A stretch of DNA of 64,000 nucleotides from Mobula hypostoma (lineage: Eukaryota), in contig NC_086101.1 in assembly GCF_963921235.1 (NCBI RefSeq), positions 10,480,001-10,544,000 on the forward strand, written 5' to 3'. A model generated the notes under the pieces. It ran no database searches. It saw only the letters and a program-made list of their open reading frames with translations, and had not been told where the DNA came from. This document shows positions 1 to 12,700 of this stretch, one piece after another (position 1 is the first letter of the stretch; every line of letters starts with the position of its first letter). The translations under genes and the position numbers were made by a program.

Positions 1-3000
1 CCTCTCTCCAACCCCCTCTCCAAACCTCTCTCTCTCTATCCCCCTCTCTCTCCATCCCCCCTCTATACCCCACTCTCCAAACCCCTCTCTCCAACCTCCT
101 CTCCAACTCCTCTCTCCAATCCCCTCTAACCCCCACCTCTCCACACCCCTCTCCAAACCCCTCTCCAAACCCCTCTCTCCAATCCCCTCTCCCCTCTCTC
201 TACCCCTTCTCTCCAACCCCCTCTCCAACCCTCTCTCCAACTCCTCTCTCCAAACCCCTGTCTCCAACCCCCCCTCCAACCCCCGTTCTCCAAACCACTC
301 TCTTCAACCCCTCTCTCCAACCCCCCCTCTCCAACCCCTCTTCAACCCCTTTCCAACCCCTCTCCAACCCCCTCTCCAAACCCCTCTCTCCAAACCCCCC
401 TCTCCAAACCCCTCTCTCCAACCCCCTCTCTCCAATCCCCTCTCTCCAATTCCCTCTCTCCAACCCCTTCTCTCGAACCCCACCTCCCTCGAACCCCCCT
501 CTCTCCAACCCCCTCGCTCCAACCCTCTCTCTGAAATCCCCTCACTCTAACCCCCTCTCTCCAACCCCCCCAATCCCTCCAATCCCTGCTCCAATCCCCT
601 CTCAAACCTCTCTCTCCAAAGCCCTCTCCAACCCATCTCTCCAAACCCAACCCCCCCTCTCCAAACCCCCTCCAACCCTCCCTCCTCTCCAACCATCCCT
701 TCTCTCCAACCCCCATCCCCTCTCCAAACCCCTCTCTCCAATCCCCCCTCCAATCCCCTCTCAAACCCCTCTCTCCAACTCTCCCTCTCCAAACCCCATC
801 TCTCCAACCCCACCTCCTCTCCAATCCCCTCTCAAACCTCTCTCTCCAAAGCCCTCTCCAACCCCTCTCTCCAAACCCCTCTCTCCAACCCCCTCTCTCC
901 AACCCCCTCTCTCCAACTCTCTCTCTCCAACCCCCCCCTCCAACCCCTTCTCTCCAAACCCCTCTCTCCAACCCCCTCTCTCCAACCACCTCTCTCCAAC
1001 CCCTTCTCTCGAACCCCACCTCCCTCGACCCCCCCTCTCTCCAAACCCCCTTTCCACACCCCTCTCCAACCCCCTCTGCAAACCCCTCTCCAAACCCCTC
1101 TCTCCAAACCCCCCTCTCCAATCCCCTCTCCCCTCTCTCTCTACCCCTTCTCTCCAACCCCCTCTCCAACCCTCTCTCCAACTCCTCTCTCCAAACCCCT
1201 GTCTCCAACCCCCCCTACAACCCCCGTTCTCCAAACCACTCTCTCCAAACCACTCTCTCCAAACCCCCCTCTCGAACCCCCTCTCCAAATCCCTCTCTCC
1301 AACCCCCTCTCTCCAATCCCCTCTCTCCAACCCCTTCTCTCGAACCCCACCTCCCTCGAACCCCCCTCTCTCCAACCCCCTCTCTCCAATCCCCTCACTC
1401 GAACCCCCTCTCTCCAACCCCCTCTCTCCAACCCCCTCTCTCCAACCCCCCCATCCCTCCAATCCCCGCTCCAATCCCCTCTCAAACCTCTCTCTCCAAA
1501 GCCCTCTCCAACCCATCTCTCCAAACCCCTCTCTCCAACCCCCCCTCTCCAAACCCCTCTCTCCAATCCCCCCTCCAATCCCCTCTCAAACCACTCTCTC
1601 CAACTCTCCCTCTGCAAACCCCATCTCTCCAACCCCACCTCCTCTCCAATCCCCTCTCAAACCTCTCTCTCCAAAGCCCTCTCCAACCCCTCTCTCCAAA
1701 CCCCCTCTCCAAACCCCTCTCCTAACCCCTCTCCAAACACCTCTCCAACCCCCCCTCTCCAAACCCCACCTCTCCAATCCCCTCTCTCCAACCCCCTCTC
1801 TCCATCTCCCTCTCTCCATCTCCCTCTCTCCAACCCCCTCTCTCCAACTCCCTCTCTCCAACCCCCCCCTCCAATCCCCTCTCCAAACCCCTCTCTCCAA
1901 TCCCCTCTCAAACCCCTCTCTCCAAACCGCTCTCCAACCACTCTCTCAAATCCCCTCTTCAAACCCTTCTCTCCTACCCTTCTCTCCAACTCCCTCTCTC
2001 CAACCCCCTCTCTCCAACCCCCTCTCTCCAACTCCCTCTCTCCAACCCCCCCCTCCAAACCCCTCTCTCCAACCCCCTCTCTCCAAACTCCTCTCTCCAA
2101 ACCCCTCTCTCCAAACTCCTCTCTCCAAACCCCTCTCTCCAACCCTCTCTCCAACCCTCTCTCCAACCCTCTCTCCAACCCTCTCTCCAATCCCCTCTCC
2201 AAACCCCTCTCTCCAACCATCTGTCTCCAACCACCTCTCTCCAACCCCTTCTCTCGAACCCCACCTCCTTCGAACCCCCCTCTCTCCAACCCCCTCTCTC
2301 TAACCCACTGTCTCCCACCCCCCCTCCAATCCCCTCTCTCCAAACCCCTCTCTCCAAACCCCTCTCTCCAACCCCTCTCTCCAAACCCCTCTCTCCAACC
2401 CCTTCTCCAAACCCCTCTCTCTCTATCCCCCTCTCTCTCCATCCCCCACTCTCCAAACCCCTCTCTCCAACCTCCTCTCCAACTCCTCTCTCCAAACCCG
2501 TCTCTAACCCCCCCCTCCAAACCACCCTCTCCAAACCCCTCTCCAAACCCCTCTCCAACCCCCTCTCCAACCCCCTCTCCAACCCCCTCTCCAACCCCCT
2601 CTCCAAACCCCTCTCTCCAAACCCCTATCTCCAATCCCCTCTCCCCTCTCTCTCTACCCCCTCTCTCCAACCCCCTCTCCAACCCTCTCTCCAACTCCTC
2701 TCTCCAAACCCGTCTCCAACCCCCCTCCAACCCCCATTCTCCAAACCACTCTCTCCAAACCCCTCTCTCCAACCTCCTCTCCAACTCCTCTCTCCAATCC
2801 CCTCTAACCCCCACCTCTCCACACCCCTCTCCAAACCCCTCTCCAAACCCCTCTCTCCAATCCCCTCTCCCCTCTCTCTACCCCTTCTCTCCAACCCCCT
2901 CTCCAACCCTCTCTCCAACTCCTCTCTCCAAACCCCTGTCTCCAACCCCCCCTCCAACCCCCGTTCTCCAAACCACTCTCTTCAACCCCTCTCTCCAACC

Positions 3001-6000
3001 CCCCCTCTCCAACCCCTCTTCAACCCCTTTCCAACCCCTCTCCAACCCCCTCTCCAAACCCCTCTCTCCAAACCCCTCTCTCCAAACCCCTCTCTCCAAC
3101 CCCCTCTCTCCAATCCCCTCTCTCCAATTCCCTCTCTCCAACCCCTTCTCTCGAACCCCACCTCCCTCGAACCCCCCTCTCTCCAACCCCCTCGCTCCAA
3201 CCCTCTCTCTGAAATCCCCTCACTCTAACCCCCTCTCTCCAACCCCCCCAATCCCTCCAATCCCTGCTCCAATCCCCTCTCAAACCTCTCTCTCCAAAGC
3301 CCTCTCCAACCCATCTCTCCAAACCCAACCCCCCCTCTCCAAACCCCCTCCAACCCTCCCTCCTCTCCAACCATCCCTTCTCTCCAACCCCCATCCCCTC
3401 TCCAAACCCCTCTCTCCAATCCCCCCTCCAATCCCCTCTCAAACCCCTCTCTCCAACTCTCCCTCTCCAAACCCCATCTCTCCAACCCCACCTCCTCTCC
3501 AATCCCCTCTCAAACCTCTCTCTCCAAAGCCCTCTCCAACCCCTCTCTCCAAACCCCTCTCTCCAACCCCCTCTCTCCAACCCCCTCTCTCCAACTCTCT
3601 CTCTCCAACCCCCCCCTCCAACCCCTTCTCTCCAAACCCCTCTCTCCAACCCCCTCTCTCCAACCACCTCTCTCCAACCCCTTCTCTCGAACCCCACCTC
3701 CCTCGACCCCCCCTCTCTCCAAACCCCCTTTCCACACCCCTCTCCAACCCCCTCTCCAAACCCCTCTCCAAACCCCTCTCTCCAAACCCCCCTCTCCAAT
3801 CCCCTCTCCCCTCTCTCTCTACCCCTTCTCTCCAACCCCCTCTCCAACCCTCTCTCCAACTCCTCTCTCCAAACCCCTGTCTCCAACCCCCCCTACAACC
3901 CCCGTTCTCCAAACCACTCTCTCCAAACCACTCTCTCCAAACCCCCCTCTCGAACCCCCTCTCCAAATCCCTCTCTCCAACCCCCTCTCTCCAATCCCCT
4001 CTCTCCAACCCCTTCTCTCGAACCCCACCTCCCTCGAACACCCCTCTCTCCAACCCCCTCTCTCCAATCCCCTCACTCGAACCCCCTCTCTCCAACCCCC
4101 TCTCTCCAACCCCCCCATCCCTCCAATCCCCGCTCCAATCCCCTCTCAAACCTCTCTCTCCAAAGCCCTCTCCAACCCATCTCTCCAAACCCCTCTCTCC
4201 AACCCCCCCTCTCCAAACCCCTCTCTCCAATCCCCCCTCCAATCCCCTCTCAAACCACTCTCTCCAACTCTCCCTCTGCAAACCCCATCTCTCCAACCCC
4301 ACCTCCTCTCCAATCCCCTCTCAAACCTCTCTCTCCAAAGCCCTCTCCAACCCCTCTCTCCAAACCCCCTCTCCAAACCCCTCTCCAAACACCTCTCCAA
4401 CCCCCCCTCTCCAAACCCCACCTCTCCAATCCCCTCTCTCCAACCCCCTCTCTCCATCTCCCTCTCTCCATCTCCCTCTCTCCAACCCCCTCTCTCCAAC
4501 TCCCTCTCTCCAACCCCCCCCTCCAATCCCCTCTCCAAACCCCTCTCTCCAATCCCCTCTCAAACCCCTCTCTCCAAACCGCTCTCCAACCACTCTCTCA
4601 AATCCCCTCTTCAAACCCTTCTCTCCTACCCTTCTCTCCAACCCCCTCTCTCCAACCCCCTCTCTCCAACCCCCTCTCTCCAACTCCCTCTCTCCAACCC
4701 CCCCCTCCAAACCCCTCTCTCCAACCCCCTCTCCAAACTCCTCTCTCCAAACCCCTCTCTCCAAACTCCTCTCTCCAAACCCCTCTCTCCAACCCTCTCT
4801 CCAACCCTCTCTCCAACCCTCTCTCCAACCCTCTCTCCAATCCCCTCTCCAAACCCCTCTCTCCAACCATCTGTCTCCAACCACCTCTCTCCAACCCCTT
4901 CTCTCGAACCCCACCTCCTTCGAACCCCCCTCTCTCCAACCCCCTCTCTCTAACCCACTGTCTCCCACCCCCCCTCCAATCCCCTCTCTCCAAACCCCTC
5001 TCTCCAAACCCCTCTCTCCAACCCCTCTCTCCAAACCCCTCTCTCCAACCCCTTCTCCAAACCCCTCTCTCTCTATCCCCCTCTCTCTCCATCCCCCACT
5101 CTCCAAACCCCTCTCTCCAACCTCCTCTCCAACTCCTCTCTCCAAACCCGTCTCTAACCCCCCCCTCCAAACCACCCTCTCCAAACCCCTCTCCAAACCC
5201 CTCTCCAACCCCCTCTCCAACCCCCTCTCCAACCCCCTCTCCAACCCCCTCTCCAACCCCCTCTCCAAACCCCTCTCTCCAAACCCCTATCTCCAATCCC
5301 CTCTCCCCTCTCTCTCTACCCCCTCTCTCCAACCCCCTCTCCAACCCTCTCTCCAACTCCTCTCTCCAAACCCGTCTCCAACCCCCCTCCAACCCCCATT
5401 CTCCAAACCACTCTCTCCAAACCCCTCTCTCCAACCCCCTCTCCAAACCCCCCTCTCCAAACCCCACTCTCCAACACCTCTCTCCAACCCCCTATCTCGA
5501 ACCCCACCTCTCTCAAACCCCTCTATCTCCAACCCCTCTCTCTCCATCCCCCTCTCCAAACCCTCTCTCCAAAACCTCTCTCCAAAACCCTCTCTCCAAA
5601 CCCCTCTCTCGATCCCCCTCTCCAAACCCTCTCTCGAACCACCTCTCTCCAACCCCTTCTCTCGAACCCTACCTCCCTCCAACCCCCCTCTCTCCAACCC
5701 CCTCTCTCCAACCACCTCTCTCCAACCCCACCTCCCTCGAACCCCCCTCTCTCCAACCCCCTCTCTCCAATCCCCTCACTCTAACCCCCTCTCTCCAACC
5801 CCCCCAATCCCTCCAATCCCCTCTCAAACCTCTCTCTCCAAACCCCATCTCTCCAACCCTCCCCTCCAACTCCCCCTCCTCTCCAACCCCCCCCAAACCC
5901 CTCTCTCCAATCCTCCCTCCAATCCCCTCTCTCCAACTCTCCCTCTCCAACCCCCCCCTCTCCAATCCCCTCTCCAAACCCCTCTCTCCAAACCCCTCTT

Positions 6001-6035
6001 TCCAACTCCTCTCCCCAACTCCTCTCTCCAACCCC
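1..6035. repeat. C/T-rich satellite, degenerate 12-14-nt unit (CCAA(A)CCCC(C)TCTCT), with ~2.65-2.68-kb higher-order duplication
   Basis: Continuous CTCTCCAA(A)CCC variants. Identical or near-identical ORF translations recur at a 2678-nt offset (126/2804, 200/2878, 342/3020, 547/3225) and at 2652-2664 further along (1586/4250, 1946/4598). Confidence 0.95.
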
Positions 6036-6720
6036 TGCGCTCTCCCTACATCACCACCCTCTCTCTACCCCCTCCCCCCACACCCCTCTTCCCACTCCTC
6101 CCTTTCCTCCTCTCTTATCTCCCCATCTCTCTCTCCCCTCTCTTCTGTCCCTTCTCTCTCTCTCTCCTCCTCCCCCTCTCTCCCAAACCTCTAGCCATTC
6201 TCTCCCCATCCCCTCTCTGCTTTTCCGCCATTCTTTACAGCCTCTCCCCGTCTCTACCCACTTCTCTTTCTCCACTATCCCTGCTCTTCCCTGACCCTCC
6301 CACCTCTCTCTCTGTCCCTCACCCACCCTCTCTCTGCCCTCCCCTCTTTCTCCCCAATCTCTCCTCCCAAATTCTCTCCCCCTCCCCTCTCTCTATCCCC
6401 ACGAACTCTCCCTCTCCCCTCCCATCTTTCTGTCTCTCCCTTTCCCCCCTCAACATTCCCCTCTCTGCCCCCACTCGAGCATTCCACTTCCCTTCCACTC
6501 CTACTTCCCTCCACTCTCCCTCCCCATTCTCTATCATCTCTCCACAACCCCTCGCTCCGCAGTCTCTTCCCTTCTCACACCCCTCTCTCAAGACTCTCCC
6601 CCACATCTCCCTCTCCTCCTTCCTCTGCTCTCTCCCTCTCCCACTTTTTACTGCCCCTCCACTCTCCCTGTCCCCCCAACTCTCTCCACCTCTCTCCCCT
6701 GACCTCTCCCCCCACACCTC
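6036..6720. repeat. Irregular polypyrimidine low-complexity spacer between the two satellites
   Basis: Almost only C/T with no fixed period. Its last ~150 nt (TCAAGACTCTCCCCCACATC...TTTTTACTGCCCC) recur near 26905 and 28326. Confidence 0.85.
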
Positions 6721-9700
6721 TTCCCCCCACACCTCTCCCCCCTCACCTCTCCCCCCTCACCTCTCCCCCCTCACCTCTCCCCCCACACCTCCCCCTTACC
6801 TCTTTCCCCACACCTCTCCCCCCTCACCTCTCCGCCACACCTCTCCCCCCACACCTCTCCCCCCTCACCTCTCCCCCCAGACCTCCCCCTTACCTCTTTC
6901 ACCACACCTCTCCCCCCACACCTCTCCCCCCTCACCTCTCCCCGCACACCTCTCCCCCCACACCTCTCCCCCCACACCTCTCCCCCCTCACCTCTCCCCC
7001 CTCACCTCTCCCCCCTCACCTCTCCCCCCTCACCTTTCCCCCCACACCTCCCCCTTACCTCTTTCACCACAACTCTCCCCCACACCTCTCCCCCCACACC
7101 TCTCCCCCCTCACCTCTCCCCCAACACCTCTCCCCCCACACCTCCCCCTTACCTCTTTCACCACACCTCTCCCCCCACACCTCTCCCCCCACACCTCCCC
7201 CACACCTCTCCCCCCTCACCTCTCCCCCCTCACCTCTCCCCCCTCACCTCTCCCCCTTCACCTCTCCCCCCTCACCTCTCCCCCTTCACCTCTCCCCCCT
7301 CACCTCCCCCTTACCTCTTTCACCACACCTCTCCCCCTCACCTCTCCCCCCACACCTCTCCCCCCTCACCTCTCCCCCCACACCTCTCCCCACTCACCTC
7401 TCCCCCCACACCTCTCCCCCCACACCTCCCCCCCCTCACCTCTCCCCCCTCACCTCTCCCCCCTCACCTCTCCCCCCTCACCTCTCCCTTACCTCTTTCA
7501 CCACACCTCTCCCCCCACACCTCTCCCTTACCTCTTTCACCACACCTCTCCCCCACACCTCTCCCCCCTCACCTCTCCCCCCACACCTCTCCCCCCTCAC
7601 CTCTCCCCCCACACCTCTCCCCCCACACCTCTCCCCCCACACCTCTCCCTTACCTCTTTCACCACACCTCTCCCCCCTCACCTCTCCCCCCACACCACTC
7701 CCCCCTCACCTCTCCCCCCACACCTCTCCATTACCTCTTTCACCACACCTCTCCCCCACACCTCTCCCCCCTCACCTCTCCCCCCTCACCTCTCCCCCCT
7801 CACCTCTCCCCCCACACCTCTCCCCACACCTCTCCCCCCACACCTCTCCCCCCACACCTCCCCCCACACCTCCCCCTCACCTCTCCCCCCACACCTCTCC
7901 CCCCACACCTCTCCCCCCTCACCTCTCCCCCTCACCTCTCCCCCTCACCTCTCCCCCCACACCTCTCCCCCCTCACCTCTCCCCCCACACCTCTCCCCCC
8001 TCATCTCTCCCCCCACACCTCTCCCCCCTCACCTCTCCCCCCACACCTCTCCCCCCACACCTCTCCCCCCACACCTCTCCCCCCTCACCTCTCCCCCTCA
8101 CCTCTCCCCCTCACCTCTCCCCCTCACCTCTCCCCCCACACCTCTCCCCCCTCACCACTCCCCCCACACCTCTCCCCCCTCACCTCTCCCCCCACACCTC
8201 TCCCCCCTCACCTCTCCCCCCACACCTCTCCCCCTCACCTCTCCCCCTCACCTCTCCCCCTCACCTCTCCCCCCACACCTCTCCCCCCACACCTCTCCCG
8301 CCACACCTCTCCCCCCACACCTCTCCCCCCACACCTCTCCCCCTCACCTCTCCCCCCTCACCTCTCCCCCCACACCTCCCCCTTACCTCTTTCACCACAC
8401 CTCTCCCCCCTCACCTCTCCCCCACACCTCCCCCCCCACACCTCCCCCCCTCACCTCTCCCCCACACCTCTCCCCCCACACCTCTCCCCCCACACCTCTC
8501 CCCCCTCACCTCTCCCCCCACACCTCTCCCCCACACCTCTCCCCCCACACCTCTCCCCCCACACCTCTCCCCCCTCACCTCTCCCCCCTCACCTCTCCCC
8601 CCACACCTCTCCCCCACACCTCTCCCCCCTCACATCCCCCCCCACCCCTCTCCCCCCACACCTCTCCCCCCACACCTCTCCCCCCACACATCTCCCCCCT
8701 CACCTCTCCCCCCACACCTCTCCCCCACACCTCTCCCCCTCACCTCTCCCCCCACACCTCCCCCTTACCACTTTCACCACACCTCTCCCCCCTCACCTCT
8801 CTCCCCACACCTCTCCCCCCTCACCTCTCCCCCCACACCTCTTCCCCCTCACCTCCCCCTCACCTCTCCCCCCACACCTCTCCCCCCTCACCTCTCCCCC
8901 CTCACCTCTCCCCCCACACCTCTCCCCCCTCACCTCTCCCCCCACACCTCCCCCTTACCTCTTTCACCACACCTCTCCCCCCTCACCTCTCTCCCCACAC
9001 CTCTCCCCCCTCACCTCTCCCCCCACACCTCTCCCCCCTCACCTCTCCCCCCACACCTCCCCCTTACCTCTTTCACCACACCTCTCCCCCCTCACCTCTC
9101 TCCCCACACCTCTCCCCCCTCACCCCTCCCCCCACACCTCTCCCCCCTCACCTCTCCCCCCTCACCTCTCCCCCCACACCTCTCCCCCCACACCTCCCCC
9201 TTACCTCTTTCACCACACCTCCCCCCCCTCACCTCTCCCCCCTCACCTCTCCCCCACACCTCTCCCCCCTCACCTCTCCCCCCACACCTCTCCCCCCACA
9301 CCTCTCCCCCCACACCTCTCCCCCCACACCTCTCCCCCACACCTCTCCCCCAACACCTCCCCCTCACCTCTTTCACCACACCTCTCCCCCCACACCTCTC
9401 CCCCCACACCTCTCCCCCCTCACCTCTCTCACCACACCTCTCCCCCCACACCTCTCCCCCCACACCTCTCCCCCCACACCTCTCCCCCACACCTCACCCC
9501 CCACACCTCTCCCCCCTCACCTCTCCCCCCACACCTCTCCCCCCTCACCTCCCCCCACACCTCCCCCTCACCTCGCCCCCCCCACCTCTCCGCCCTCACC
9601 TCTCCCCCCACACCTCTCCCCCCTCACCTCTCCCCCCACACCTCCCCCTTACCTCTTTCACCACACCTCTCCCCCCTCACCTCTCTCCCCACACCTCTCC

Positions 9701-12700
9701 CCCCTCACCTCTCCCCCCTCACCTCTCCCCCCACACCTCTCCCCCCTCACCTCTCCCCCCACACCTCCCCCTTACCACTTTCACCACACCTCTCCCCCCT
9801 CACCTCTCTCCCCACACCTCTCCCCCCTCACCTCTCCCCCCACACCTCTCCCCCCTCACCTCCCCCTCACCTCTCCCCCCTCACCTCTCCCCCCACACCT
9901 CTCCCCCCTCACCTCTCCCCCCACACCTCTCCCCCCTCACCTCTCCCCCCACACCTCCCCCTTACCTCTTTCACCACACCTCTCCCCCCTCACCTCTCTC
10001 CCCACACCTCTCCCCCCTCACCTCTCCCCCCTCACCTCTCCCCCACACCTCTCCCCCCCACCTCTCCCCCCACACCTCCCCCTTACCTCTTTCACCACAC
10101 CTCTCCCCCCACACCTCTCTCCCCACACCTCTTCCCCCTCACCTCTCCCCCCACACCTCTCCCCCCTCACCTCTCCCCCCTCACCTCTCCCCCCACACCT
10201 CCCCCTTACCTCTTTCACCACACCTCCCCCCCCTCACCTCTCCCCCCTCACCTCTCCCCCCTCACCTCTCTCCCCACACCTCTCCCCCCTCACCTCTCCC
10301 CCCTCACCTCTCCCCCCACACCTCTCCCCCCACACCTCTCCCCCACACCTCCCCCTCACCTCTTTCACCACACCTCTCCCCCCACACCTCTCCCCCCACA
10401 CCTCTCCCCCCTCACCTCTCCCCCCTCACCTCTCCCCCCTCACCTCTCCCCCCACACCTCCCCCTCACCTCTCCCCCCTCACCTCTCCCCCCTCACCTCT
10501 CCCCCCTCACCTCTCCCCCCGCACCTCCCCCTTACCTCTTTCACCACACCTCTCCCCCACACCTCTCCCCCCACACCTCTCCCCCCTCACCTCTCCCCCC
10601 ACACCTCCCCCTTACCTCTTTCACCACACCTCTCCCCCCACACCTCTCTCCCCACACCTCTTCCCCCTCACCTCTCCCCCCACACCTCTCCCCCCTCACC
10701 TCTCCCCCCTCACCTCTCCCCCCACACCTCCCCCTTACCTCTTTCACCACACCTCCCCCCCTCACCTCTCCTCCCTCACCTCTCCCCCCTCACCTCTCCC
10801 CCACACATCTCCCCCCTCACCTCTCCCCCCTCACCTCTCCCCCCACACCTCTCCCCCCACACCTCTCCCCCCACACCTCTCCCCCCACACCTCTCCCCCA
10901 CACCTCCCCCTCACCTCTTTCACCACACCTCTCCCCCCACACCTCTCCCCCCACACCTCTCCCCCACACCTCTCCCCCCTCACCTCTCCCCCCTCACCTC
11001 TCCCCCCTCACCTCTCCCCCCACACCTCCCCCTCACCTCTCCCCCCTCACCTCTCCCCCCTCACCTCTCCCCCCTCACCTCTCCCCCCGCACCTCCCCCT
11101 TACCTCTTTCACCACACCTCTCCCCCACACCTCTCCCCCCACACCTCTCCCCCCACACCTCTCCCCCCACACCTCTCCCCCCTTCACCTCTCCCCCCACA
11201 CCTCCCCCTCACCTCTCCCCCCACACCTATCCCCCCTCACCTCTCCCCCCTCACCTCTCCCCCCACACCTCTCCCCCCTCACCTCTCCCCCTCACCTCTC
11301 CCCCTCACCTCTCCCCCCACACCTCCCCCTCACCTCTCCCCCCACACCTCTCCCCCCTCACCTCTCCCCCCACACCTCTCCCCCCTCACCTCTCCCCCTC
11401 ACCTCTCCCCCTCACCTCTCCCCCTCACCTCTCCCCCCACACCTCCCCCTTACCTCTTTCACCACACCTCTCCCCCCACACCTCTCCCCCCACACCTCTC
11501 CCCCCTCACCTCTCCCCCCACACCTCTCCCCCCACACCTCTCCCCCCTCACATCTCCCCCCACACCTCTCCCCCCACACCTCTCCCCCCACACCTCTCCC
11601 CCCTCACCTCTCCCCCCTCACCTCTCCCCCACACCTCTCCCCCCACACCTCTCCCCCCACACCTGTCCCCCCTCACCTCTCCCCCCTCACCTCTCCCCCC
11701 ACACCTCTCCCCCCACACCTCTCCCCCCACACCTCTCCCCCCACACCTCTCCCCCCACACCTCTCCCCCCACACCTCTCCCCCCACACCTCTCCCCCCTC
11801 TCCTCTCTCCCCCCACACCTCTTCCCCCACACCTCCCCCCCACACCTCCCCCTTACCTCTTTCACCACACCTCTCCCCCCACACCTCTCCCCCACACCTC
11901 TCCCCCCACACCTCTCCCCCCACACCTCTCCCCCCACACCTCTCCCCCCACACCTCTCCCCCCACACCTCTCCCCCCTCACCTCTCCCCCCTCACCTCTC
12001 CCCCCTCACCTCTCCCCCTCACCTCTCCCCCCACACCTCTCCCCCCACACCTCTCCCCCCACACCTCTCCCCCCACACCTCTCCCCCCTCACCTCTCCCC
12101 CCTCACCTCTCCCCCACACCTCTCCCCCACACCTCCCCCTCACCTCTCCCCCCTCACCTCTCCCCCCTCACCTCTCCCCCCACACCTCACCCTTACCTCT
12201 TTCACCACACCTCTCCCCCACACCTCTCCCCCCACACCTCTCCCCCCACACCTCTCCCCCCACACCCACTCCCCCCACACCTCTCCCCCACACCTCTCCC
12301 CCCACACCTCTCCCCCCACACCTCTCCCCCACACCTCTCCCCCACACCTCTCTCCCCTCACCTCTCCCCCCACACCTCTCCCCCCTCACCTCTCCCCCCA
12401 CACCTCCCCCTTACCTCTTTCACCACACCTCTCCCCCCACACCTCTCCCCCCTCACCTCTCCCCCCACACCTCTCCCCCCACACCTCTCCCCCCTCACCT
12501 CTCCCCCTACACCTCCCCCTTACCTCTTTCACCACACCTCTCCCCCCACACCTCTCCCCCCACACCTCTCCCCCCTCACCTCTCCCCCCACACCTCTCCC
12601 CCCACACCTCTCCCCCTCACCTCTCCCCCCTCACCTCTCCCCCCTCACCTCTCCCCCCTCACCTCTCCCCCCACACCTCTCCCCCCACACCTCTCCCCCC

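Noticed and set aside
1..6035. Telomere array
   Set aside because: No (CCCTAA)n/(TTAGGG)n run; only a superficial CCAACCC likeness.
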